From Pseudobdellovibrionaceae bacterium (GTDB taxonomy: Bacteria > Bdellovibrionota > Bdellovibrionia > Bdellovibrionales > UBA1609): a DNA stretch of 64,000 nt. This document shows positions 27,263-36,575 of the stretch, piece after piece (position 1 is the stretch's first letter; the number at the start of each line of letters is the position of its first letter). Under the pieces are notes generated by a model. That model was not told the origin of the DNA, did no database searches, and saw only the letters and a program-made list of their open reading frames with translations. The stretch covers positions 2,680 to 66,679 of the forward strand of contig JABJQG010000036.1 in the NCBI GenBank assembly GCA_018663505.1. The letters are read 5' to 3'. A program made the position numbers and the translations under genes.

Positions 27263-28339
27263 TTAAAACCCATCTGAAAGATCTTTCAAACCAATATTGG
27301 TGAATGACTCCCCCTCAAATCTCCTCTTTAAAACATATATCATTTGATCATGGTCTGAATGGTAAAATGTAAAGGCCACTTTAAATTTAGTAGGCTCTAT
27401 AAGGTGCATTGGTTCTAGAAGTGTAAACCTTTTGGAGTAGAAAAATTCTATCTCCGCCCCTTTTTTTATAATTTTTCCTTTATGAGCCACTTCTCGTGAT
27501 GTGGTAAAAACAGCAACGATGGCTTTTTCTTCCATATCGATTTTTAATTCATAGCTCCCATTACTTTCATTAAGTCCCATTTCTTTAAGATTACTGAGCA
27601 TAAATTCTAAAACTTTAGGTTCCTGGTAGTTTTTGAGAGCTTGTAATAAAGACTTTTTAATGCCAGATTCTACACTAGGTACACTGGACACACCAATTAT
27701 CAACTGATCTTCTGGCTTAAGAGTATTTAAAATTCCATCTAATATCTCTATTTTATTTCTAAAATTACCAAGTGTTTGCCCAAGCATCATATACACAGTG
27801 GGTATATCTTTTTTTAAAGAAAGGTCCAAACAATTGTAACAATTAAGGTCCCCTTGTTTAGTTGTTAAATCCAATAAAGGGAATTCTTTTGCAATACTAG
27901 CATGAGCTAAATCAAGCATAGACTCACTGTAGTCCATCAAAACATACTTCTCCGGCATAGCTCCCTTAGCTTGTAAATCCTTTAAGGCAAAAACTGCCTT
28001 TTCTCCTGTTCCTGGCCCTAACTCAACCATTTGAAAGGGAGAGCCCAATTCAATCCCATTTCCAGCTGAATCTTTGAGTTTCAATAGATAGCTTAAAAAA
28101 CCATTTGAAAATATTTTAAGTTCAAAAGAAGAGGGCCCATGACCACTGCTCCTTGTTACGTCATAAAAGGCCTCTGCCCCCTTACCTTCATAAACGGTTT
28201 CATAACCAAGAACAATTTTTTCCTTATTACTTGAAAACAAATTCTTACAAGAGGAATCAGCAAAAGCTGTTCCAGAAATTAAAAATAAAATTAGAATTTG
28301 TACAAAAAAAATCACCAAATAGTATCTCACAGTCTTCAA
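27263..28339 (-). CDS. Leader-bearing SAM-dependent methyltransferase (EgtD/Methyltransf_33-like)
   Basis: 358 aa. Motif I is VELGPGTGEK, followed by YVLMDYSESML and QGDLN, as in EgtD-like methyltransferases. The hydrophobic N-terminus ends AFA|DSSCKNLF. Confidence 0.55.
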   Translation of the reverse strand: MKTVRYYLVIFFVQILILFLISGTAFADSSCKNLFSSNKEKIVLGYETVYEGKGAEAFYDVTRSSGHGPSSFELKIFSNGFLSYLLKLKDSAGNGIELGSPFQMVELGPGTGEKAVFALKDLQAKGAMPEKYVLMDYSESMLDLAHASIAKEFPLLDLTTKQGDLNCYNCLDLSLKKDIPTVYMMLGQTLGNFRNKIEILDGILNTLKPEDQLIIGVSSVPSVESGIKKSLLQALKNYQEPKVLEFMLSNLKEMGLNESNGSYELKIDMEEKAIVAVFTTSREVAHKGKIIKKGAEIEFFYSKRFTLLEPMHLIEPTKFKVAFTFYHSDHDQMIYVLKRRFEGESFTNIGLKDLSDGF

Positions 28340-28736
28340 GGTCCGTTAACGTTTAACTTCCCTATATATTCGCAGGTTTTTAATGATTAAAGTGAATAAT
28401 TTGCATGAATTGTAAAACTTCAACAAAGTCAAAAATTGTGTCATCTATTTAAACACTTACTCAGGTTTTTAGTGTTTTTATGAGAGATGTGGATAATTTG
28501 GAGTTAAGCATTTCAAACGAATAGTGAGCCTTCCTGGCTCTAATTATTTAAAACTCGGGCTCCTGCCCTAGCTCTTTCAGAGCGCTTCGCGATTTAAACA
28601 ATCTAATAAAATTAGAGAGTTATACATTTATTAATAAAGTGGGTGTTTCAGCAGCCGCATTCGTCCTCACTGATATTCATATAAAAAAAGGCCCACAAAA
28701 AGCAGACCTCCATTTTATAAGAATAAATTTAAATGA

Positions 28737-31172
28737 TTAAGTTGTAGAAACAAATTCTTCTTCAGAAAAATCATCAACTTGAATATAATCAGATCTTAAA
28801 TCTTCACTTTCTTTTAATTGAGCTTGTTCAGCCGCAGTAATCACACCTTTTTCTAAGGCCAGATCAATAAGCATATGTATTTTCTTACGAGGTAAAGTTT
28901 TAGCACGTACCGCTTTTCTAATTTTTTTAGTAATGGCTTCAGCTTCCATCACCATTTTGTAAGCGTGCTCCATTCGACCCAAGCCATCTTCTTTACTTTT
29001 AGGTACAAAAATAAGATCAGTATAACGATTTCTTAAATCCATATTAGTCATACCTAGGACACACAACTTATGTGTTAAGCTGTCTTTAATATCACCATCA
29101 ATACGATTTAAACGCGACCACATTTTAATGGGTCCTTTAAAAAATAAACCAATAAGGGGAACATTAAAGTTAGCAAAGATTTCATCAAATGCTCTTTGAA
29201 TATTTTGAAAAGCAACAAGCATGGAATAGTCCACAAAAGGAAGATCTTCTTTTTTGCGACCTTCCTCCTCATATCTTTTTAAAACTGAAGTAGCAATATA
29301 CAGCCAAGAAAGAATATCAGCAAAACGACCGGTCATCTTTTCCATAAACTTTAACTTTCCACCCAATAGACCCATTGCTATATCTGACATAATTGCAAAA
29401 GAAGCAGAAGCCCAATTTAATTTCTGATAATAACGTCCAACAGGTCCACCTAATCCACGAGATGAGAAATGTCCACGAGTTACACTTAACACAAAGGAGC
29501 GACAGCTATTTCGAACTACATGCCCCATATGACCCCAGAAGGCATAATCAAATCCCCCTACATCATTATTTTCAACAGCATCCACTTCCTTAAATGCAAA
29601 AGGGTGAGCTCTAAGAGCCCCTTGACCAAAAATAATTAAGGTACGAGTTAATATATTTGCACCTTCAACCGTGACAGCAATAGGTGCCGCAATATACCCT
29701 TGAGCGACTACATTCCTTGGCCCCATAGAAATCCCAGATCCTCCTAAAACATCCATTGCATCATTCACTGCTGAACGATAAAACTCAGTGGCGTTTAATT
29801 TTGCAATGGCCGTAACCACTGCCGGTGCTTTCCCCTGATTTAATGCACTAAAAGTGAACTGCCGCATAGCCTCAGTGTAATATGTTGCACCTAAAATTCT
29901 AGAAATAGGCTCTTCAACACCTTCAAATTTACCAATAGCCACACCAAATTGTTTTCTTAAAGTTGCATGACCCGTTACTGCTCTAAATAAAGTTTTTAAT
30001 CCACCCACACTTTGAGATGGTAAGGAAATTCCTCGGCCAGCACCTAAGGATTCCATAAGCATAGTCCAACCATTACCTGCATTCTTAACACCACCAACTA
30101 TGGATTCTTCTGCGTCAACAATCACATCATGGCCTTGAGTGGGGCAGTTATAAAATGGGACTCCTAAAGGGTCATGTCTTCTACCAATAACCACACCGGG
30201 CGTATTAGCTGGTACTAAGGCCACTGTGATCCCAAGGTCCTCACCATTACCTAACAAGTTTTCAGGATCACGTAATTTAAATGCTAACCCTATAATGGAA
30301 GAAATAGCAGCTAAAGTAATCCATCTTTTGTTCCAATTTAATTTAATTTTTATTTTGCCATCGTCACCTTTGAATAAAACTCCAGAAGATATAATAGATC
30401 CAGCATCAGAACCAGCTGTTGGCTCTGTTAAACCAAAACAAGGGATCTCTTGACCTGTAGCCAAGCGATTTAAGTACTTATCTTTTTGTTCTTGAGTTCC
30501 ATAATGATTCAAAAGTTCAGCCGGTCCAAGAGAGTTGGGTACCATTACTGTAATACCAGCTGTTAAACTACGAGAAGAAATTTTAGAAATCACCTCTCCA
30601 TGAGCTGACGCAGAAAACCCTAAGCCACCATACTCCTTAGGGATAATCATTCCTAAAAACTTTTTCTCTTTTATATATGTAAAAACTTTATCAGAAAGTT
30701 TTCTTGTTTTCCAAGTTTCCCAATCATCAATCAGTTCACAAAGCTCTTCCAATGGACCATCTATAAAATCTTTTTCTTCTTGGGTAAGAACGGCCTTTGG
30801 CTCTTTCATAATTTTTTTAAAATTTGGTTTACCAGAAAATAATTCCGCTTCCACCCAAACTGTTCCCGCCTTTAATGCCGTTTTTTCTGTATCAGAAATT
30901 TTAGGCATCATAGGGGCCATTAACTTCATAAGAATTTTAGACACCAAAACTTTTCTAATAGGCTTAACTATAAAAATAAGAGAAATAACTGCAACAGCTA
31001 TGACTAATGCCATAGGCGCTTGAAACAAAAATAAAAGTGCCGTTATAACAATGCCCCATACTAATATGGGAACAGCAAAGTACCCCATAGCAATAATAAG
31101 TATAAAACTAATTATACAAGCCAGATCTGTAAAATTTAATAAGTAACCGTGATATTGCATTAGTGCACCCAC
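28737..31172 (-). CDS. fadE: Acyl-CoA dehydrogenase, FadE type (membrane-anchored, about 810 aa)
   Basis: 811 aa with N-terminal TM helices. ACAD core motifs present: GLTEPTAGSDAGS, EGANILTR. The length and architecture match E. coli FadE. Confidence 0.88.
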   Translation of the reverse strand: MGALMQYHGYLLNFTDLACIISFILIIAMGYFAVPILVWGIVITALLFLFQAPMALVIAVAVISLIFIVKPIRKVLVSKILMKLMAPMMPKISDTEKTALKAGTVWVEAELFSGKPNFKKIMKEPKAVLTQEEKDFIDGPLEELCELIDDWETWKTRKLSDKVFTYIKEKKFLGMIIPKEYGGLGFSASAHGEVISKISSRSLTAGITVMVPNSLGPAELLNHYGTQEQKDKYLNRLATGQEIPCFGLTEPTAGSDAGSIISSGVLFKGDDGKIKIKLNWNKRWITLAAISSIIGLAFKLRDPENLLGNGEDLGITVALVPANTPGVVIGRRHDPLGVPFYNCPTQGHDVIVDAEESIVGGVKNAGNGWTMLMESLGAGRGISLPSQSVGGLKTLFRAVTGHATLRKQFGVAIGKFEGVEEPISRILGATYYTEAMRQFTFSALNQGKAPAVVTAIAKLNATEFYRSAVNDAMDVLGGSGISMGPRNVVAQGYIAAPIAVTVEGANILTRTLIIFGQGALRAHPFAFKEVDAVENNDVGGFDYAFWGHMGHVVRNSCRSFVLSVTRGHFSSRGLGGPVGRYYQKLNWASASFAIMSDIAMGLLGGKLKFMEKMTGRFADILSWLYIATSVLKRYEEEGRKKEDLPFVDYSMLVAFQNIQRAFDEIFANFNVPLIGLFFKGPIKMWSRLNRIDGDIKDSLTHKLCVLGMTNMDLRNRYTDLIFVPKSKEDGLGRMEHAYKMVMEAEAITKKIRKAVRAKTLPRKKIHMLIDLALEKGVITAAEQAQLKESEDLRSDYIQVDDFSEEEFVSTT

Positions 31173-31415
31173 CCTTAACTCCTTGTTATATGTAATGAAA
31201 CAACTTAATTATGCGACTTCTCTATTTTTTTTTCAATGTCTTAATCAAAATGAAATCAGGCATTAGACGTTGGGTCCTGTCTCCAAAAGGTCACGATTTA
31301 AATATATGGTGAATAAATTTCTGAAACATTGAGTTTCTAAGTTAGGTTTACATTCATTAGCACTGAACTTGTGCACTAAGGTCCATTTCATTCAATAATT
31401 CTATTTTAGTAAAAC

Positions 31416-32102
31416 CTAACTATAATCATTGTTTGAACGCTTGACGATTCTAAACTGATCGGCCCAATTCACCAAGGCGAATGGCTGCTTAGTTTGTATC
31501 CAAACCTTACCTTCACCTTTAAAGCGAGCCACAAAGCCTTCGCCAGAAAAAAATAAAGATTTATAACCACCAATGCGACTCACACTATAGTCTAGTCCTT
31601 CAGTGAAGCCCACAATGTGCCCAGTATCCACCACGTACTCACCTTTTACGTCCACATCAAACAACGCACCATAGGTGTTAAACCAAACATTTCCCTTCCC
31701 AGAGCACTTCATTATAAATAAGCCCTCGCCAGAAAAAAAACCCTTAGCTAGACCTTGAAATTTTGAATCAATTTGCACTCCTGTGTCTGAAGCTAAATAA
31801 CTTGTAGAAGTTAAAAACAATTCCTTCCCACCATCTACGTAATAGTGACCAATATCCCCTGGGGGTCCTGGCGCAATGACAATTTCTGAATCAACACCAT
31901 CCGCTGTATATTCATTTAAAAAAAGAGACTCTTTAGCTAAGAAACGTTTAAAGCCTCCCTTTAAACGAGTTTTCATTTTTAAGCTGAGGTCCATAGAGGC
32001 CATTGCCGAGGCTTCCACTTTTAATGTTTTACCCTTGGGAACCACAACACTTAAAGCAGCATAATCTGGCTGTGCTTCTATATTAAATGAAAATTCAGAC
32101 AT
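31416..32102 (-). CDS. AIM24/TIGR00266-family protein (copy 3 of 3)
   Basis: 228 aa with ESLFLNEY, GEGLFIMK, VDTGHIVGF and SGEGFVARFKGEGKVWIQT. Confidence 0.8.
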   Translation of the reverse strand: MSEFSFNIEAQPDYAALSVVVPKGKTLKVEASAMASMDLSLKMKTRLKGGFKRFLAKESLFLNEYTADGVDSEIVIAPGPPGDIGHYYVDGGKELFLTSTSYLASDTGVQIDSKFQGLAKGFFSGEGLFIMKCSGKGNVWFNTYGALFDVDVKGEYVVDTGHIVGFTEGLDYSVSRIGGYKSLFFSGEGFVARFKGEGKVWIQTKQPFALVNWADQFRIVKRSNNDYS

Positions 32103-32111
32103 ATAAATTCC

Positions 32112-32795
32112 TTAGTTAGTTCTTTTTACTTTTAGATATGGTCTTAATTTTTTGCCAAAACCCTTTGCATCGTGACTCTGACACCAAATACGCCCCTTTC
32201 CTTTAAAGCGACAAACCAAACCTTCGCCTCCCATAAAAGAATGCAGCCAGCTTGAACCTGCTTTTGAAATTGAGAATTTTAGAGTTTCATCAAAAGCAAC
32301 AATATGCCCAGTGTCCACAGTGTATTCCCCATCTACTTCCACTGGATAAATAGCACCGAAGGCGTTTAATAATACAACACCCTCACCTTTTAAGTTGAGC
32401 CAAAACAAACTCTCACCAGAAAAAATGGATTTAAATCCCTGCCAACCCACGTCCATAGAAACCCCCTCGTCACAAGCCAAAAATGAGGAGCTCTGTACAA
32501 TAATGTTCTCGCCTGATAGCTCAACCTGTGCCATATCTCCAGGAAGAATAGAAGATAAGTAAACTTCACCTTGGGAGTGGGCTGTATAATGGTTTAAGAA
32601 AAATGACTCACCAGCAAAAAGTCTTTTAATGGACTTTAACAAACTGCCTTTTCCCTTTTTATGAGTAGTTGTTTGCAGGTCAATGCCCTGAGACATAGCA
32701 ATCATAGAACCAGACTCTGTAGTCATTGTGTCACCAGCATCAAGATTGACTTTAGCTGCTGTATTACTTGGACCATATAAAATTTCAATATTCAT
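32112..32795 (-). CDS. AIM24/TIGR00266-family protein (copy 2 of 3)
   Basis: 227 aa with ESFFLNHY, GESLFWLN, VDTGHIVAF and GGEGLVCRFKGKGRIWCQS. Confidence 0.8.
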   Translation of the reverse strand: MNIEILYGPSNTAAKVNLDAGDTMTTESGSMIAMSQGIDLQTTTHKKGKGSLLKSIKRLFAGESFFLNHYTAHSQGEVYLSSILPGDMAQVELSGENIIVQSSSFLACDEGVSMDVGWQGFKSIFSGESLFWLNLKGEGVVLLNAFGAIYPVEVDGEYTVDTGHIVAFDETLKFSISKAGSSWLHSFMGGEGLVCRFKGKGRIWCQSHDAKGFGKKLRPYLKVKRTN

Positions 32796-32796
32796 T

Positions 32797-33468
32797 TTAA
32801 CTCCAAAATCTAGGGTTCAACCAACCGGCTAAACCACCAACACTTCTTGTTTGTAGTTTTATTTTTCCTCGCCCCTCTAGTCTAAGCACAATACCTTCTC
32901 CGCTAAAAAAACTAGAAAAAATTCCACCTGAGAGCTGTGCCTTAAGTGTTATATTTGGTGGGTAAGACAATAGATGCCCTGAATCCACAATATAATGTCC
33001 CACAACTTCTGTTTCTATGACGGCACCATAGGCCCCATACCAAACTTGACCGGTACCAAACAGTCTTAGGCGAAAAAGCCCCTCTCTTGCTAAAAATGAG
33101 GAGATACCAGCCCAACTGATTTTATACTTTATTCCCGCAGTACTTGCCATGTATGCCCCGGGTTGAATAAAAAGAGTTTCATTATTCAATTCAACTTCGA
33201 TAATCTCCCCAGGAGTGGGTTGAGATAATACAATATGTCTTTCTTGGCCCGATTCATTTATAAATTCATTAATAAATAGGGATTCTTTACCAAGAAATCG
33301 TAATAATAATGCCTTAATGAAGCCACCACCGTTAAATTTAGATCGAAGTTCTATGGCACAATCTTTACTTGCCATAGCCCCTGACTCAGCAATGATAAGC
33401 TCTCTAGGCTGAAGTTTGACTCTTAGAAAACCAAAAGCTTTACCTCCGCGAATTTTAACGTCCATCAT
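32797..33468 (-). CDS. AIM24/TIGR00266-family protein (copy 1 of 3)
   Basis: 223 aa with ESLFINEF, REGLFRLR, VDSGHLLSY and SGEGIVLRLEGRGKIKLQT. Confidence 0.8.
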   Translation of the reverse strand: MMDVKIRGGKAFGFLRVKLQPRELIIAESGAMASKDCAIELRSKFNGGGFIKALLLRFLGKESLFINEFINESGQERHIVLSQPTPGEIIEVELNNETLFIQPGAYMASTAGIKYKISWAGISSFLAREGLFRLRLFGTGQVWYGAYGAVIETEVVGHYIVDSGHLLSYPPNITLKAQLSGGIFSSFFSGEGIVLRLEGRGKIKLQTRSVGGLAGWLNPRFWS

Positions 33469-33483
33469 TTTGCCCTTCAGTTA

Positions 33484-34602
33484 TTACTGCTTAAGTAATG
33501 TTTTGAAATCTTTGTAGTTAAACTGCTGTTTTAAGATATTATTCTTTATATCATAAGACAACTCTTCATATCTCAATTTATTTTTATCTATACGATCTTG
33601 AGTCATTGGGTGTGTGCTTATAAACTGCAAATAATCTTGGTATTTTTTTTGCGTTCCGGACTCTTTTTGTTTTAATCTTTCAAAAAATTGCGTAAGACCT
33701 CTTGGATCTATCCCAGCTTCAACTAAGTGAGTAAAGCCAACCTCATCAGCGCGCATTTCATGATCTCTGGAAAAACTAAGAGATAGAAGTTGTGAGCTAT
33801 TTTCCATAATTATTGCTATCACGCCCGTCATATCACCTAACAAGGTTTGTACCATTAAAAACAAACCACCAGATTGAATGATTCCTCTTAAAACGTGGCG
33901 CTCAGTGACGTGAGCCAACTCATGAGCCGCAACTCCTAAAACCTCTTCAGCACTTTCAGAGGCCAACAATAAACCTGAATTAAAAACTATATAACCCCCT
34001 GGAAGGGCAAAAGCATTCAAATCAGAATCACTGGATATATAAACTTGAATATCTTTTTTGATTTCATATGTATTCAGCAATGGAATTAATAGCAGTTTGA
34101 ATTGTTCATTAATTTCTTTATTGTTAATTACTTTATTTGGTGGCAAATAAACCTTAATTAATTGTTCCCCAAGCGCGTGTTCAACATCTAATGAGATACT
34201 ATTTGCAATTTTATCCACAATTGGTTTTTTCAAAGCAGATAACAATCCAAATAGTACTAAAATACCAATGAGTACGGTGCCAACTGAGACTACTGAACGA
34301 CGAAAATCTGCCTTCCTGGCCTGCAGAATATTTTTATATTTTTTATTTGAAAATTGTCCTAAGTGTCTAAAAAGAGCAGTGCTTATATGTAAGTAAAAAC
34401 TTTGGTCTTGATCATTTTTTAAATTAAAATACATCAGATTATTTTTATTGCCACCCAAACTAATATCTAGCTTTGATATTTCAAATGTTTTTACCTCATT
34501 ATCAAAATGTACTTCTATGAGTTGTGCTTGTATCTTGATACACACAGCACTGCGTTTTTGCTTTGTTATAAATACACCATCGAATTGGCCAGTGGAATTC
34601 AT
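33484..34602 (-). CDS. M48-family zinc metallopeptidase
   Basis: 372 aa with a central TM (VVSVGTVLIGILVLFGLL), HELAHV (HExxH) and a downstream EMRADEVG, typical of M48. Confidence 0.8.
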   Translation of the reverse strand: MNSTGQFDGVFITKQKRSAVCIKIQAQLIEVHFDNEVKTFEISKLDISLGGNKNNLMYFNLKNDQDQSFYLHISTALFRHLGQFSNKKYKNILQARKADFRRSVVSVGTVLIGILVLFGLLSALKKPIVDKIANSISLDVEHALGEQLIKVYLPPNKVINNKEINEQFKLLLIPLLNTYEIKKDIQVYISSDSDLNAFALPGGYIVFNSGLLLASESAEEVLGVAAHELAHVTERHVLRGIIQSGGLFLMVQTLLGDMTGVIAIIMENSSQLLSLSFSRDHEMRADEVGFTHLVEAGIDPRGLTQFFERLKQKESGTQKKYQDYLQFISTHPMTQDRIDKNKLRYEELSYDIKNNILKQQFNYKDFKTLLKQ

Positions 34603-34788
34603 TAAATCTCCTTAAATGAGATGTTATTGTATTTTCAAATTGCACACATTGACAATTAAAAACTTGAACACAAGTTATTAATGGAGAGAGAACAAACAAC
34701 AAGGAAAATTCCAGAGATCCTCCGGCTTAAGTGGTGGATGTTGATCCACATGAGAGTTGGAGCTCACGAGTATAAAGAATGTAAGATT

Positions 34789-35475
34789 TTAATTTAAATC
34801 TAGTGAGTTAAACATTAGGGCAACATGCGAGCTACCTTCTTTTACAAAAAGCATATTAGTCCTAATGATTTTTTCTGCATCTGAAAGTCCTCTTAAACTT
34901 TCCACTTGATCATGAGCAAATTTATCTTGAGTCACAAGTTTATATAGCTCTCCTTGCCAGCGCACATAAACATAGGGTGATTTTTCTGTGAAGTAAATGC
35001 CATTATAGTTAAAAATGATTTCCACTTGTTTTATCAAACCATCTCCAAGTAAGGGCATTTTTGAAGACAAACTATCCCCGGTGGGGGAAACAAATTTGAT
35101 TTTATCAATCAAAGTAAAATTTTTTATATTATGTCCGGTTCGTTCATCATGAAATTCGCGATTTATCTTTAGTTGAGCTTCAAAAAAACAACCTAACTGC
35201 TTACAACCAGAAGCAGATAGTCTTTCTATCTCTCTAGCTGTATTTATATCCTCGGGCCTTAAATGTGAACCATCCTCTTGGGATTTAAGGTAAATGGACC
35301 TTGTTCCTTCGGATGTTATTGAGTTCTTTGCACCTGGTTCAGTTCTGCTTAAACCTTGGGAGTAAAAACTCACACGAACATTTTTAAAAGATGAAAAAAG
35401 GGAAGTGCAAACGTTTGCCCTTAGACGACCACTTAGTATCACTACTGAAATTAATAAAAATGAACTCTTCTTCAT
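34789..35475 (-). CDS. Hypothetical exported protein
   Basis: 228 aa. The leader ends LRA|NVCTSLF. No other recognisable motif. Confidence 0.5.
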   Translation of the reverse strand: MKKSSFLLISVVILSGRLRANVCTSLFSSFKNVRVSFYSQGLSRTEPGAKNSITSEGTRSIYLKSQEDGSHLRPEDINTAREIERLSASGCKQLGCFFEAQLKINREFHDERTGHNIKNFTLIDKIKFVSPTGDSLSSKMPLLGDGLIKQVEIIFNYNGIYFTEKSPYVYVRWQGELYKLVTQDKFAHDQVESLRGLSDAEKIIRTNMLFVKEGSSHVALMFNSLDLN

Positions 35476-35608
35476 GGGCCGCAGAATAACATTAAAACTC
35501 TGTAAATCGGAAAATTCCTGTATAAAACATGCTTTTATAAAAATTTCATATTCACAAAAGCTGGAGTTATTTAAGTAATTAATTAAAAAGTAATTTGCTT
35601 GAAGTTAA

Positions 35609-36550
35609 TCAAAATTGCATTCTAAACTTAGGAAGGTACACCACGTTTTCTCCACCTTGAGCGTTGGCTATGAACCCTCCTGTGAAAGCTATAATATCCC
35701 ACCATGTATGTAAAAATATACTCTCCCTCAGTGTCCAATTATTTTTTACTGTTAAATAACCAAGGTACCAACCAGCTACAGTTTGTATCACTGGATACTG
35801 GCCATCAATAACTGGGTGGGCCGCTCCAAACAATGCACCTGTCACGGCCACACTTGCAAATTCACTATCAAAAACTTGCATCATGGCTGGTTGCAACCAA
35901 CCTCTAAACAGAGCCTCCTCTTCTACACCAGCCTCATAGGAAATCACCCCAGAAAAAATAATATCATTTCCGCCAATTGGTCGTGGATCTGAGTTTTTAA
36001 TATTTGATATTTCATCAATCATGTAGGCAGCCAGAATTCCAAGAGGAATATATGTTGTAGGGCGCTTAATCATGGAGAAATCAAAAGGAGCTAGCATAAG
36101 CTCATCTACAGTTTCTTCCTGCTTTAGAAACAAAAAATTTCCCATTGGTTTTTGAGTTCTTACCGACGACCTAAAACTTGCATAGGCACTTAAACTAGCT
36201 GCCGTTTGATAGGTCTTCCCACCTATTATACTTAATTCCTCCATGGCGTCGGTCTCGTAATAAGCGTAGTTGTTCTCATCATAAGAAACTGTAGTCAGTG
36301 ATAAAGCTAAGCCTGAAACAGCTAATCCTGTATAGAACGTCCCGGCACTGTCTTGCCCCTCATACCACTGATCAAAACCAGGTAGAATAAATGTTGCTAC
36401 CTGAGGCCAAAAATATGATCTCGGCACTTCTTTTTCAAAAGGAAGATCTAAACTAAAAGCTTCTTGCCAAAAACTTTTTTTAGGTAAAGTAGTGGCTATA
36501 ATATTGGAAAAAAATAAACTAGCTAAAATTACAAAAATAATTTTTTTCAT
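35609..36550 (-). CDS. CPBP-family intramembrane glutamic endopeptidase (CAAX protease-like)
   Basis: 313 aa with the EEEALFRGW (EExxxR), FGAAH and HTWWD motifs in hydrophobic segments. Confidence 0.75.
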   Translation of the reverse strand: MKKIIFVILASLFFSNIIATTLPKKSFWQEAFSLDLPFEKEVPRSYFWPQVATFILPGFDQWYEGQDSAGTFYTGLAVSGLALSLTTVSYDENNYAYYETDAMEELSIIGGKTYQTAASLSAYASFRSSVRTQKPMGNFLFLKQEETVDELMLAPFDFSMIKRPTTYIPLGILAAYMIDEISNIKNSDPRPIGGNDIIFSGVISYEAGVEEEALFRGWLQPAMMQVFDSEFASVAVTGALFGAAHPVIDGQYPVIQTVAGWYLGYLTVKNNWTLRESIFLHTWWDIIAFTGGFIANAQGGENVVYLPKFRMQF

Positions 36551-36575
36551 CTGAACCCTAAATTTAAAGTACTCG

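Noticed and set aside
28536-28620. Possible third copy of the GC-rich-core element in the methyltransferase/fadE intergenic region
   Set aside because: The architecture is similar: AT-rich imperfect arms (ctctaatt...tttaaa and tttaaa...aattagag) around the GC-rich centre ctcgggctcctgccctagctctttcagagcgcttcgcg. However, I could not align the centre convincingly to the 5737-5800 and 7731-7795 core in either orientation. Only short words such as agccgcat occur nearby. I am not claiming it as the same family without a computed alignment.
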